From the NCBI GenBank assembly GCA_030141605.1, contig JAQGDQ010002396.1, positions 48,597 to 112,596 of the forward strand: DNA of 64,000 nucleotides, given 5' to 3'. Within the stretch, counting starts at the first letter, position 1; each line of letters starts with the position of its first letter. A model generated the notes under the pieces. It saw nothing but the letters and a program-made list of their open reading frames with translations, made no database searches and was not told where the DNA came from. Positions 29,048-40,098 of this stretch are shown here, in pieces. The position numbers and the translations under genes are program-made. The DNA is from Tubiluchus corallicola (Eukaryota > Animalia > Priapulida).

Positions 29048-30016
29048 ATGATATATTCCAAACAGCAGACTACTTACGCGCCTTCTGTAAGCTTGAAGAC
29101 ATTACCTACGGAAAACAGCAATGAAGATTCTTTTGATATTGATATATTGGAAACGCGTGATATTGTCGCCCTTATTAATAGAGAAGATCGGAAAGTCGCT
29201 CAATCTATAGAGGACAATATTGATCGCATTGCTTCGGCTATTGATTGTATTGTGAGTCAGATGAAAAAAGGCGGTCGATTGTTTTATGCAGGCGCGGGGA
29301 CAAGCGGTCGTATCGGAGTTTTGGACGCCTCTGAGTGCTCGCCGACCTATGGGACAGATCCATCTCTTGTTCAAGGGATAATCGCCGGAGGCGATTTCGC
29401 TCTTAGAAACGCCGTTGAGGGGGCGGAAGATAATCTTGAGACAGGTCAGTATGATATGGAGGCCGCGGGCCTGAATGAAAAGGACGTTCTTGTTGGCATC
29501 GCGGCGAGTGGTCGAACGCCTTGGGTCATTGGCACGATGATGTATGCTCGAGAAAAGGGTGCGGCTGTTATTGCTTTGACATGCCATTCTGAGTCTGAAA
29601 TGGCGTCGTTGGCGGATATTCATATTGCGACTCTTGTTGGCCCAGAAGTGATTACAGGTTCAACTCGAATGAAATCAGGAAGCGCGCATAAGATGGTTCT
29701 GAATATGCTCACCACAACAACCATGATTAAATTAGGGAAGGTTTATCATAATCTGATGGTGGATCTTCAGGCGACGAATTCCAAGTTGGAGAAGCGTTCT
29801 GTGTCTATTGTTATGGAGGCAACTGGGGCTCCGTTAGAAGACGCTTCTGACGCGTTGCAAAAAGCAGGTGGGAATTGTAAGCTGGCGATTATGCTCTTGC
29901 TGACAGACGCGCCTCTTAGTGATGCGAAGCAACTTTTAGAGCAGCATCAAGGCTATATTAGAAAAGCGCTGAAGACTTATAGAGAAGAAGCGGATGGTAT
30001 AAAGGCGCTCGTTTGA
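29048..30016 (+). CDS. murQ: N-acetylmuramic acid 6-phosphate etherase
   Basis: GAGTSGRIGVLDASEC, VEGAED, GIAASGRTP and GSTRMKSG motifs. Confidence 0.96.
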   Translation: MIYSKQQTTYAPSVSLKTLPTENSNEDSFDIDILETRDIVALINREDRKVAQSIEDNIDRIASAIDCIVSQMKKGGRLFYAGAGTSGRIGVLDASECSPTYGTDPSLVQGIIAGGDFALRNAVEGAEDNLETGQYDMEAAGLNEKDVLVGIAASGRTPWVIGTMMYAREKGAAVIALTCHSESEMASLADIHIATLVGPEVITGSTRMKSGSAHKMVLNMLTTTTMIKLGKVYHNLMVDLQATNSKLEKRSVSIVMEATGAPLEDASDALQKAGGNCKLAIMLLLTDAPLSDAKQLLEQHQGYIRKALKTYREEADGIKALV

Positions 30017-30075
30017 AATGAGCTCAAGCGCGTGAGAATTTTATTAAACAATAATGAAAGAGAGAGGGGGCGATT

Positions 30076-31698
30076 ATGGGGAGTAATTTTGCCATATTAG
30101 ATTGGTGTATTTTATCGATTTATCTGGCGGTTCTTTTTGGTTCAGGATGGTTTTTAAGCCGTCGGCATATTAGTGACACGAAAGATTTTTTTCTTGCTAA
30201 GAACGGCATTCCGACATGGGTTGCGACTCTTTCTATTGTTGCGACGGCGCAATCAGCGGCGACTTTTTTAGGAGTTCCTAATCAATCATATACTGGAAAC
30301 TGGACATATATGGCGAGTTTTCTTGGTGGGCTAGTGGCTGCGATGCTCATTGCGACTTATTTAATTCCGCGTTTTTATCAAATGCAAGTAACAACTGTAT
30401 ATGAGCTACTGGAGCATCGTTTTGGATCGGAGGCGAAAAAAGCCAGCAGCTTAATGTATCTGGTTGGGCGTGTTTTCGCCAGTGGGGCACGGCTTTATAT
30501 GGCGGGTCTTGCTATTGCGATGATTTTGTTTGGTGATATTGGTTTTGTCAGCGTATTTGTCTCTGTCTCTGTTATTGCTTTAATGGGTTTGGCTTATACG
30601 TGGGTTGGTGGCATTCGAAGCGTTGTGTGGGGCGATGTTATTCAGCTGGGGATTTATGTCGGAGCGGCTATTTTTGTTATTTTTCATTTGCTCTCCTCTA
30701 TTCCTGCGGATATGGGGATGATTATTGCCGCGTTGCAAGAGCCTGGAAATGGAGCTACGTCAAAGCTTCAGGTTTTTGATTTCCGTTTGACAAGAGGTGG
30801 CGGTTGGACAATCTGGTCAATTTTAACAGGTTATATGCTGTTGACAGCGGCGGCCTGGGGAATGGATCAGGATATGACCCAAAGGATGCTTGCCTGTAAA
30901 AACGCGCAAGAAGGGGCAAAAAGCGCTTGGAAATCAATTATATATCAGATACCGGTTGTGCTTGTCTTTTTAATTGTCGGCTCTTTGCTTTATATTTTTT
31001 ATCAACGTCCTGATATTATGGGAGAAACCCATGTTGTTGGCGATTTATCTGTTGAAGGGCAGATTAAATTAACAACGATTATGTATTATATTCTTTATGA
31101 ATTGCCGACGGGGCTTCGTGGATTAATTGCCGTTGGCGTGGTTGCCGCTGCTTTTTCGACAGTAAATTCTGGATTGAATTCCATGTCCTCTGTTGCCGTG
31201 GAGGATCTTTATCGTCCTTTCTTGCGCTATAAGGGGATAGAGAAAGATGATGAGCATTTTGTAAAGGCGGGACGTTTTGGTATGTTTGTGGTCGCTATTG
31301 TCCTCAGTCTTATGGGAGCGTTATGTTATTTCTGGCAGCGCTATACAGACACGAAATTACTGGACTTCGCTCTTTCTGTGATGTCGTTTGCGTATAGTGG
31401 CTTGCTTGGGGTTTATATTACGGCGCTTTTTTCCAAAAGAGGAAACAAAAACACAGTCTTGGCCGCGCTTATCTTTGGCTTTTTAATTGTGCTCTTTATG
31501 CAGGCGTGGATATGGACGCCGTTTTGGACAATGCTGGGCGCTGGAGAAGTCATTTCCAAGCCGATTGGTTTTTTCTGGGTGCTTTGTATAGCGACAGGAG
31601 CGTCGACTCTTATTTGTATTTCAGGGGCTCCACAAAGTGAAATTGTTGCGGAGCAGGAAGAAGAGGGAGAGGAATCTTTGCAGCAAACAGCGGGATAA
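30076..31698 (+). CDS. Sodium:solute symporter family transporter, third gene of the anmK-murQ run
   Basis: TVYELLEHRFG, GGIRSVVWGD, DQDMTQR and AAAFSTVNS motifs. Confidence 0.9.
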   Translation: MGSNFAILDWCILSIYLAVLFGSGWFLSRRHISDTKDFFLAKNGIPTWVATLSIVATAQSAATFLGVPNQSYTGNWTYMASFLGGLVAAMLIATYLIPRFYQMQVTTVYELLEHRFGSEAKKASSLMYLVGRVFASGARLYMAGLAIAMILFGDIGFVSVFVSVSVIALMGLAYTWVGGIRSVVWGDVIQLGIYVGAAIFVIFHLLSSIPADMGMIIAALQEPGNGATSKLQVFDFRLTRGGGWTIWSILTGYMLLTAAAWGMDQDMTQRMLACKNAQEGAKSAWKSIIYQIPVVLVFLIVGSLLYIFYQRPDIMGETHVVGDLSVEGQIKLTTIMYYILYELPTGLRGLIAVGVVAAAFSTVNSGLNSMSSVAVEDLYRPFLRYKGIEKDDEHFVKAGRFGMFVVAIVLSLMGALCYFWQRYTDTKLLDFALSVMSFAYSGLLGVYITALFSKRGNKNTVLAALIFGFLIVLFMQAWIWTPFWTMLGAGEVISKPIGFFWVLCIATGASTLICISGAPQSEIVAEQEEEGEESLQQTAG

Positions 31699-31726
31699 TT
31701 CTGTAAAAAGCTTTTAATAATAAGAA

Positions 31727-31766
31727 AAATAGTGGCAGCGGAGTAAGGCTGCCACTATTTATTTTT
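31727..31766 (+). terminator. Rho-independent terminator
   Basis: 13-bp stem AAATAGTGGCAGC / GCTGCCACTATTT followed by a T-rich tail. Confidence 0.85.
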
Positions 31767-31873
31767 ATATTTTTATGGTATGGAATTTTATAACAGAGTG
31801 TTTGAATATTGTTAAAAGATAGAGTATAAATAGTTTTTCAGATCAAAATGTTATTATAAGGAGGGTAGCTGTT

Positions 31874-32218
31874 ATGCATATTGCGTGTTGTGGGTTGGAC
31901 TGCGAGATTTGTGAGGCGTTTATTGCGACGCAAAGGGATGATGATGTTTTACGGGCTGAAATCGCAAAACAGTGGTCAGAGCACTATGGGCATCCTTTTA
32001 AGCCGGAAGATATTTATTGTATGGGCTGCTGCTGTGGTGGGAAAAAAATAGAGCATTGTAACAGCTGTGAAATCCGATTATGCTGTAAAGAGCGGAATAT
32101 TCCCAATTGCGGGGCGTGTGAGGATTTTGTCTGTGAAACTCTTGAGAAATTTTATAAATTATTTCCCGATGGCGGCGAGGAAAGCAAAGCGCGTTTAATC
32201 AGTCAACGTAAAATTTAG
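31874..32218 (+). CDS. Cys-rich DUF3795-like protein
   Basis: ACCGLDCEIC, CMGC, CEIRLCC and CGACEDFVC cysteine pattern. Confidence 0.75.
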   Translation: MHIACCGLDCEICEAFIATQRDDDVLRAEIAKQWSEHYGHPFKPEDIYCMGCCCGGKKIEHCNSCEIRLCCKERNIPNCGACEDFVCETLEKFYKLFPDGGEESKARLISQRKI

Positions 32219-32238
32219 GGTGAAAGTAGAGTGCCTCT

Positions 32239-32769
32239 ATGGCATGTTTTGTTTATATCGCGACGAGTCTTGATGGTTTTATCGCGACCAGAAGCGGGGG
32301 GCTGAAGTGGCTTGATGATATCCCCAATCCAGAGCGAATTGACTATGGCTTTGCTGAGTTTATCAGCGGTATTGACGCTATTGTAATGGGAAGAAAAACC
32401 TATGAGAAAGTACAGACGTTTGGTCAATGGCCATATGAAACGCCTGTTTTTGTCTTAAGTCGCGGCTTGTCGGCTCTTCCGGAGCATATGGATGGCAAGG
32501 CTGAGATTATAAAGGGTGATGCGCCGTGGCTTGTTGAAGAATTAGCGCAGAAAGGGTACAGGTCTCTTTATATTGATGGTGGGAAAACAATACAGAATTT
32601 TTTACGGAAAGATTTGATTGATGAGATGATTATCACCCGGGTTCCTATTTTACTGGGGGGCGGTATTTCTCTCTTTGGTGATCTTGCTCATAGTTTAAAA
32701 TTTACGCATCGGGAAACAAAAATATATAGCAATGGTCTTGTCAAAAGCCATTATCGGCGAGAACGGTAA
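32239..32769 (+). CDS. Dihydrofolate reductase / RibD C-terminal family protein
   Basis: IATSLDGFIA, MGRKTYE, YIDGG and PILLGGG motifs. Confidence 0.9.
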   Translation: MACFVYIATSLDGFIATRSGGLKWLDDIPNPERIDYGFAEFISGIDAIVMGRKTYEKVQTFGQWPYETPVFVLSRGLSALPEHMDGKAEIIKGDAPWLVEELAQKGYRSLYIDGGKTIQNFLRKDLIDEMIITRVPILLGGGISLFGDLAHSLKFTHRETKIYSNGLVKSHYRRER

Positions 32770-32829
32770 AAAATAAGCGGCTATTTTGCTTAAGCGATAT
32801 TTTGGCAGTAAAAACAAGGGAATATAAGA

Positions 32830-33678
32830 ATGTTTGAGCAGTTGGAATCGATAAATCATCGTCCACAGCCGTTTGAGTTTTACACAGCGGATACATTATG
32901 GACAGATGAACATACTTCAAAGCGGATGTTGGCTTATCATCTTGATGGTGATGTTGATATATCCTCTCGTCGTACAGAGTTTATTGATCGTTCTGCAAGC
33001 TGGATAAAGTCTCATTTTTCTCTGGATGGGACTATGTCTGTGGCGGATTTTGGGTGTGGGCCTGGACTTTATACGAGCAGGCTTGCGGCATCGGGTGCTG
33101 ATATCACGGGTATAGATTTTTCAAAACGGTCTATTGATTATGCGCGCAAGGCCGCGGAGCGTGAGGAAAAAGCCAATATAGCTTATATAAGGCAGAATTA
33201 TCTGGATTTTAAAAGCGACAGGAAATTTAATCTTATTGTTATGATCATGTGTGATTTTTGTGCCCTTAGCCCATCTCAGAGAAGAAAGATGCTTGATAAA
33301 TTTCACGCGTTGCTTTTGCCGAGTGGTTCTATTTTGTTGGATGTTTATTCGCTAAGCGCGTTTGCTCAGCGTACTGAGGTTGCCTTGTATGAGCGGGATT
33401 TGCTTAATGGATTTTGGTCACCGAGGAAATATTACGGATTTTTAAATACGTTTCAATATAGCGCTGAAAAGGTTGTGTTGGATAAATATACAATTGTAGA
33501 GCGGGACAGGGTGCGTGTTATTTATAACTGGCTACAATATTTCAGCCTGGAGAGCTTAAAAGAGGAATTGGAAAATTCGGGCTTTAAGCTTTCGGGGTGC
33601 TATAAAAATGTAGCGGGGGACGCTTTTGATGAACTGCATGCAGAATTTGCTGTCGTCGGAAAGAAAATAGAAAAATAG
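32830..33678 (+). CDS. Class I SAM-dependent methyltransferase
   Basis: ADFGCGPGLY and TGIDFS motifs. Confidence 0.9.
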   Translation: MFEQLESINHRPQPFEFYTADTLWTDEHTSKRMLAYHLDGDVDISSRRTEFIDRSASWIKSHFSLDGTMSVADFGCGPGLYTSRLAASGADITGIDFSKRSIDYARKAAEREEKANIAYIRQNYLDFKSDRKFNLIVMIMCDFCALSPSQRRKMLDKFHALLLPSGSILLDVYSLSAFAQRTEVALYERDLLNGFWSPRKYYGFLNTFQYSAEKVVLDKYTIVERDRVRVIYNWLQYFSLESLKEELENSGFKLSGCYKNVAGDAFDELHAEFAVVGKKIEK

Positions 33679-33777
33679 AGTCATGCTCAAGGCAAGGGAG
33701 AGCTAATTGAGCTAGGAGGGAAGTTATAACCTCTTCTGCTCATTTTCCTTCTTTTCGCCAAGTGTAGCATAATTGAG

Positions 33778-33873
33778 TCAGAAAGGAAGTGATAGCGCTG
33801 CAAACGCCTTATAGCCTTTCCGGCCGTAAAGGAAGCGACCTAAATGCCAGTCTGACGTGTGGAGGATTTTCAT
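33778..33873 (-). pseudogene. 5' remnant of sbcD (31 codons)
   Basis: Translates MKILHTSDWHLGRFLYGRKGYKAF...stop, matching the N-terminus of the SbcD at 53465. Confidence 0.85.
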
Positions 33874-36136
33874 TTGGCCACCAACTCTTTCATTTGCTTA
33901 TAATGACCGCCGTCATCTTGTTCAATTAATTCAAGTAGATCCTTCAACACCGTCTTGGTTTCAATCAGAATTGATGGGTCATGTTCAGGATCAGAGATCT
34001 GTCCAGCATGGGAGTGAGTATGGAGGAATCTCAGAATTCTAGTTTTCTTTGCGACATCGAAATCGATTAGATCAAGCTGTTGACGTAGTTCACCAGATTT
34101 GGACGGTTGTCGAAATGCGAGAAACGATTCCAAAAGCCTCCGTGCGACATTAGGAAGATGGTAATTCTGCTGCAAATCACCCTCTGCTTCAGAATTAGCA
34201 GCCTCATACACGAGACTGAAAAGATAGTGATATTCCGATTCGTACTCGTGTAATAAACTGTCGAGTTTTGATATAGAAGAAGAACGATGTCCTCCGTTTA
34301 CATGACTTGTTAGCATGTAAAACCTACCCGGTCTCACATTGACGTCCTTTTTTTTCTGGTTGGGTAAATGATTAAACCAGTTTTTAATTTGGCGGAAGAA
34401 TGAGTGGCTATGTGTAAGAATAAAAAGTTGGCCAGCGTCTTTGGTCCTGTCTTTCATGAACCCAAAAGCATGGAATAGTGCATTACTATCTAAGCTGGAA
34501 ACAGGATCGTCTATTACGACAATACCGTCTCTCAAGGAAAAGGACTTATCACCGAGAGATTTGAGAAAGTACAAGAAGGCAATTGCTGTCCTTTCACCTT
34601 CGCTCAGGTTTTCAGCTGGATTTCCGTTACGGCTGATTTGATAGCCGGTGCCCTGTATTTCAAAGGTAAGCTCATCCCGGCCAAGGTATGAACAAATATC
34701 GGTATTCAATTCATCAGCAGGCCTGCTGTGTTCCTCTATGTCCTTTTCAATTTCTCGAACTTGAGTTTTTAGCGATTTGGTCTTATCAGATAAATCCTGA
34801 AGAGCTGTGCTTGCCGTATCGAAGGCCTCCTTTTTATTTTTATACTCCGTAAGGCTATCCGCAACAAAATGTTCTTCGAGTGCCTTCCTTGCTTTTTCGA
34901 TTTCGTTTTGAAAGTCTTCAGTCTCTTGGTTGTGCTTTTCGATCACCGCATTTAAACCAGAAATGGTTTCCGCGTTACCTGTGCAGATGTCAAAGCTTCG
35001 GTCAATTGACTGAAATGGCTTTTGTGCTTTGTCATCAAGGGCAGCAAGGAGCGTTTTCAGATATTCCTTGAGCCTGCGAATTTCGTCAGAAAGGTCTTGG
35101 CGCCGATCGTCGAACTCACTTTTTAAATGATCATAAAGTTCAGCTTTGTTTGGTAGGGCGCATGATTCTAAAGATTTTATTTCTTTGTTTACGACTTCGG
35201 ATTGCCTTTTGATTTCGGCTATAAATGCGTTGTATTTGTCGTTGAAGTGAGCATCCAACTCTTGGATACGGCCATCAGGCAATGGCTGTCCGCAAAAAAG
35301 ACAATCATTGGAATTGTCTTTTTTATGCTTGTCCAAGCCAGTCTTCACCCATCCCGAAAGCTCCGTGTCGTTTTTAAGCGTCTCTATAACCGTCGAGAAC
35401 ACTGTTTTCTTGAGTAATTCAACGACTTGATCTGTCAATTGATGGGTATCAGGGTAGCTAAACTTGAGGATTTGCAACTTATCTAACGGGGTCGACTCTT
35501 TCTTCTTTTTCTGCTTATCAAAATCGGATTCGTCCAAGACCTTTGCTGTTTGCTCAGCATCAGAAAGCTTAAGCAGTTCATCACACTTCTTCTGATAGTT
35601 GCGCTTGTCGTAGTTGTTGTAAGTATTATTTTTATCGGATGACCTCAAAAAATCTTTGATCGACTTTGCATGGCTTTTCTCGAAGTCTTCGAGAGCTTGT
35701 TTTAATTCGTTCTCCTTTTCCTCTTGCTCGCCTTTTTTTTCTTGATCGTTTTGATTTTTTCCTTGAGCTCATCGACCTGTTTTTGCTTCTCAATATTTTC
35801 CTCACCCAAAAAGAAAATGGGAGCGACTTCCCCATGGCTGGTAAACACATTGTCAGCAATGAAGCCTTTATTGAAGACGCGGACTTCCGGAAGCCCCTGA
35901 GCCGTTTCAAGATTCGCCCCGTCCACCTTGTTTCCGTCAATGACAAATTCCACTTCCCTCTCAGATATGGATTGTTTCTTCTCGATTGATCGAAATAGAT
36001 TGGAAAGTGTTGTTTTCCCGGTGCCGTTCCACCCGTAGAAAAGGTTTTTCTCTTTAAAATCCAGTAGGTCTTTAGGCCAAGCAAACCCACTGAAAACACG
36101 ATGGCTCTTAATTTTTTTAATTTGCGTAATGCACAT
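33870..36136 (-). pseudogene. Second RloC-like (AAA_13 + HEPN) gene, split by a 1-nt frameshift at an A8 run
   Basis: ORFs 35702-36142 and 33870-35648 join if one A is added at 35733-35740; 2267 nt versus 2268 nt for the intact paralog. Confidence 0.85.
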
Positions 36137-36313
36137 AGGCAATGCCTTTCTTAATCATGAGATTCTTTGCGTTGAGATCAAGCGGCTGGATTTAAACAGC
36201 CTTTATATTCGGATGTAATCTCAGCAACATGCCTCTTTCTAAGATAACTGTTTGTTATATCGAAATAAAGTTAATTATCGTGGAGCAAAAGCTGAAGATT
36301 AGTGAAAGCCATT

Positions 36314-36329
36314 TGTTTCCCGTGGAACA
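36314..36329. promoter_or_regulatory. parS-like centromere site
   Basis: Intergenic TGTTTCCCGTGGAACA; reverse complement TGTTCCACGGGAAACA is one mismatch from TGTTNCACGTGAAACA. Confidence 0.6.
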
Positions 36330-36534
36330 GGCTTTGACCGTCGTTTTGCGCGTGGGTAAACGGGTCCTGTGTCAGAGTAGTTTTTTGCCTTTGTAATCTT
36401 TCGGAGAATCTTTATCCGCTGGGTGAGCGTTCCGTATATTTTTTGTTTTTGCAAACCTGTTTGAGCAACGTTATATGGCGATCAAATCCGCGTTTCATAG
36501 CCGCGGTAATTATCGCTCTATCGTGGTGAGGGCA

Positions 36535-37110
36535 TTAGTATGTCTCTTCTTTTAATTCAAAGTGCTTCTGTGGGTGTAGGCAGGCTGGGCACATTTGGGG
36601 GGCGTCGGAGCTTTCGTGAACATATCCGCAATTTCTGCACTTCCAGCGCACGTTTGTGCCTTTGCTGTATACGGTTCCTTTTTCGATATTCTCAGCGAGT
36701 TTGTGATAGCGTTTTTCATGTTCCTTTTCGACTTTGGCTATCATGGTAAATGCGGTCGCCACTTCGTCAAACCCTTCTTTTTTCGCGATTTCAGCAAAAG
36801 CGGGATAAAGGTCGATCCACTCTTCATTCTCGCCTGCGGCAGCCGCGTGAAGATTCTCTAATGTCGTACCGATTCTACCGGCTGGGTAGACCGCTGTAAT
36901 CTCGGCCTCTCCTTCTTCAAGGAATTTAAAAAAGCGCTTTGCGTGCTCTTTTTCATTTTCCGCTGTTTCCAAGAAAAGAGCTTCAATTTGGAGATATCCT
37001 TCTTTTCTGGCGGCGCTGGCGAAATATGTGTAGCGGTTACGGGCTTGTGATTCGCCGACGAATGCTTTCAGGAGATTCTTCTCGGTTTCTGTTCCTTTGA
37101 TTTTCGGCAT
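36535..37110 (-). CDS. rbr: Rubrerythrin
   Basis: GESQARNRY, EKEHAKR, EKEHEKR and C-terminal CRNCGY...CPAC rubredoxin motifs; start at ATG 37110 behind GGAG. Confidence 0.93.
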   Translation of the reverse strand: MPKIKGTETEKNLLKAFVGESQARNRYTYFASAARKEGYLQIEALFLETAENEKEHAKRFFKFLEEGEAEITAVYPAGRIGTTLENLHAAAAGENEEWIDLYPAFAEIAKKEGFDEVATAFTMIAKVEKEHEKRYHKLAENIEKGTVYSKGTNVRWKCRNCGYVHESSDAPQMCPACLHPQKHFELKEETY

Positions 37111-37409
37111 GAGGAAGCTCCTTTCGCTCATTTTAACCCAGTTGCGAAAAACATCATTCAATCAAGAATGACTTATTAAAAAAAAAGAGTGCCTGTATCG
37201 TATTGAAATGTCAAGTAAAGGCATGATTTTTATGATTAGCTAATAAACACACAGACTCTGTCAAAGAAAATTTAAGCCAGACGGACCCTTTACCGAAGTT
37301 GCTTTGCCCTACAGGCAATTATACAGAATTACAACACCTACGATTTACTTCATTGCCAAGAGAAATCAGGGAGAACGTCTTGAAAATGCCAGAAATACCA
37401 GCCTGGCTT

Positions 37410-37757
37410 TCATGCATCCGTTTCCTCTTCCAGAACCTCTGTTGGCAACCAGCCTTCCTCACCATTCACTCTCCTGCACCATGCCCAGCCGTGATCCTCA
37501 AATATCTTGCTTACATCATCTCCTGCACAAACTGATAGCTCTTTTGCCGTATAGTCCTTAATTATCTCCGCAAAAGAACTATCACCTCTTTTAAAATAAG
37601 TTTCGGAAATCCACCCTTCATTTCCTGTGGAATCTTTGCACCAATTCCAACTACACCACTTTTCCAAAGCACACTCTTTAAATAATTCTATTTTGTCACC
37701 AACTTTAAGGTCTAATGGATTTGGGTAGCAAGAGTCATAATGCTTAACTACTTTCAT
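37410..37757 (-). CDS. Tandem SH3-like domain protein
   Basis: Two repeats of L.(L/V)..GD...W.WC...G.EGW. Confidence 0.75.
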   Translation of the reverse strand: MKVVKHYDSCYPNPLDLKVGDKIELFKECALEKWCSWNWCKDSTGNEGWISETYFKRGDSSFAEIIKDYTAKELSVCAGDDVSKIFEDHGWAWCRRVNGEEGWLPTEVLEEETDA

Positions 37758-38021
37758 ATAACAGCTCCTTACGCAATTTCATTAAAGCCTGATCAATCTA
37801 TCTGAAGAATAAGATGTTAATTTTTTTGTTTATATGCGCACAGAGCACCAAATGGTCTAAAAGCAGATCTGTTAAAATGTGCCACATATTAAGTCTCAGG
37901 CTTTGACAAAACTATGAAATGGTTTCAAAGTAATAAATTAATTCCAACCTAACCAGTAATCTAAAAGTAACCCGGAGGCAGAAGACTGTCAAGCTGCCTA
38001 GGAAACCACGCTCCTTTGTTT

Positions 38022-38053
38022 AAAAGGCCCAGCCCATACAATGAGCTGGACCT
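38022..38053 (-). terminator. Rho-independent terminator of the acs-actP operon
   Basis: Minus strand GGTCCAGCTCAT-TGT-ATGGGCTGGGCC-TTTT, 12-bp stem with two G:U pairs. Confidence 0.75.
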
Positions 38054-38077
38054 CTTTTGATCTTAAAGTTCTAAAGC

Positions 38078-39724
38078 CTAATGTAGAGGTTTTTGCACCT
38101 CTATGCCTATGCCTGTTTGGGAGCGGACTTGCTGGTGTAAAAATCCAGATCGATCCAAATCGCCTTCAGGACTTTTATCTGTCTTAGAAAGCCACCAGAT
38201 CGTACCAAAGGCAATACTCATGGAAAAGAGGGCCGGATTGGTGTAAGGGAAGATGGCGTTTTCAAAACCAAAGACATTCACCCACACTGTAGGACTTAGA
38301 ATCACGAGAGAAAGAGCGCTTACCAAGCCTGCAAGCCCTCCCCAGAAGGTACCTCGTGTTGTCAGTCCTGGCCAATAGATGGATAGGATCAGCACGGGGA
38401 AATTAGTGCTCGCCGCTATACTAAAGGCAAGGCCCACCATAAAGGCTACATTTTGATTTTCGAAGGAAATTCCCAACAAAATGGCGAGCACACCAATGGC
38501 AATGGCTGAAAGCCTGGACACTCGAAGGGTGGCCTTCTCTTCACTTTTTCCTTTTTTGATCACTTCTGTATAAAGGTCGTGGGAAATAGCCGAAGCGCCT
38601 GAAAGCGTAAGCCCTGCGACAACTGCTAGGATTGTGGCGAAAGCCACCGCGGCAACAAAGCCGAGGAACAGATCGCCCCCTAAGGCGTGACTGAGGTGTA
38701 CGGCAACCATATTTCCCCCTCCCAAAAGATCGCCGGCGGCGTCAAAATACTGGGGATCTTGAAGCACAAGCACGATCGCCGCAAAGCCGATCACGCCAAT
38801 AACAAGGTAAAAGTAACCAATAAAGGTTGTGGCGTAAAACACGGACTGGCGTGCGCTTTTAGCGTCGGGAACAGTGAAAAACCGCATAAGAATATGAGGG
38901 AGGCCTGCTGTTCCGAACATAAGCGCGAGTCCCAAAGAGATAGCCGAAACCGGATCACTCAAGAGGGGACCGGGTGACATAATAGCGATTCCTTTTTCAT
39001 GCACTGATACGGCTTGGTTATAGATTTCCTCCAGAGAAAAGTTAAAGTGAAAGAGGATCATAATGGTCATGAACGTCACAGCGCCAAGAAGCAGCACAGC
39101 CTTGATCATCTGAACCCAAGTGGTAGCGAGCATGCCTCCAAAGGCCACATAGACAATCATCATCACGCCTACAATAATCACCGAGTAGTTGTAATCCAGA
39201 CCAAACAACAGCTTAATTAATTGGCCCGAGCCTACCATCTGGGCAATCAGGTACAAAGATACGATCGCAAGCGCGCTGAAGGCTGAAAGGATACGAATCG
39301 GCTTGTTACGCAAACGATAGGAAGCGATATCCGTAAAGGTATACTTTCCTAGATTTCTCAGCTGTTCAGCCATCAGGAACAAAATAATTGGCCAGCCCAC
39401 AAGAAAGCCGACGGCATACATAATTCCATCAAGCCCCGAAGTATATACAAGGGCCGTGATTCCTAGGAACGAAGCTGCGGACATATAATCCCCGGCAATC
39501 GCGAGTCCATTTTGCAGGCCGGAAATACTTCCCCCGGCCGTGTAAAAATCGCTTGTACTTTTTGTGCGTAAAGAAGCCCAATAGGTTAGAAAGAGGGTTC
39601 CCATCACAAAGACGAAAAACATAACGACAGCGGGTGTATTTGCCGTTTTTGTATCGGCCTCCGCCGCGAAAGCAAAAGAAGGGAAGGCCACAAGAAGGCA
39701 GAATAAAAACAAATTACGTAACAT
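38078..39724 (-). CDS. actP: Cation/acetate symporter
   Basis: [17 protein letters not shown] and [15 protein letters not shown] motifs; in the acs operon. Confidence 0.95.
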   Translation of the reverse strand: MLRNLFLFCLLVAFPSFAFAAEADTKTANTPAVVMFFVFVMGTLFLTYWASLRTKSTSDFYTAGGSISGLQNGLAIAGDYMSAASFLGITALVYTSGLDGIMYAVGFLVGWPIILFLMAEQLRNLGKYTFTDIASYRLRNKPIRILSAFSALAIVSLYLIAQMVGSGQLIKLLFGLDYNYSVIIVGVMMIVYVAFGGMLATTWVQMIKAVLLLGAVTFMTIMILFHFNFSLEEIYNQAVSVHEKGIAIMSPGPLLSDPVSAISLGLALMFGTAGLPHILMRFFTVPDAKSARQSVFYATTFIGYFYLVIGVIGFAAIVLVLQDPQYFDAAGDLLGGGNMVAVHLSHALGGDLFLGFVAAVAFATILAVVAGLTLSGASAISHDLYTEVIKKGKSEEKATLRVSRLSAIAIGVLAILLGISFENQNVAFMVGLAFSIAASTNFPVLILSIYWPGLTTRGTFWGGLAGLVSALSLVILSPTVWVNVFGFENAIFPYTNPALFSMSIAFGTIWWLSKTDKSPEGDLDRSGFLHQQVRSQTGIGIEVQKPLH

Positions 39725-40064
39725 TGGCTTCCTCCTTTTCTTTTTGCTCAACAAGTGCCTGAGCTTTCTCAAGGACCTGCTGATTAAGGGTGTCGTATTC
39801 ACGGTTCGCTTTACGTGCGTAAATCCCTGTCAATCCCCAGGACAAAAAGATCAACCCCATAGGAAGCAAAGCCCCTGTCGTCATGACTCGCCCTGGAAGA
39901 ATTGGGATAGAAAGCCACTGTGGAGCAAAAGCAATGATGAGAATCAAGCTATAATAGGCCTGTAAGAGTATAAAGCTCATCCACAAAGCGTAACGTTTTT
40001 TTTTAGTGATCATCTCCTTGTACAGGTCGCACTCCTGAATAGCATCGTACAACTGTATCGACAT
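39714..40064 (-). CDS. DUF485 (YjcH-like) membrane protein
   Basis: Two TM helices, [10 protein letters not shown]; canonical position between acs and actP. Confidence 0.88.
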   Translation of the reverse strand: MSIQLYDAIQECDLYKEMITKKKRYALWMSFILLQAYYSLILIIAFAPQWLSIPILPGRVMTTGALLPMGLIFLSWGLTGIYARKANREYDTLNQQVLEKAQALVEQKEKEEANVT

Positions 40065-40098
40065 ATAAAAATTCCTCTCTGTTCTTTTATTTATATTT

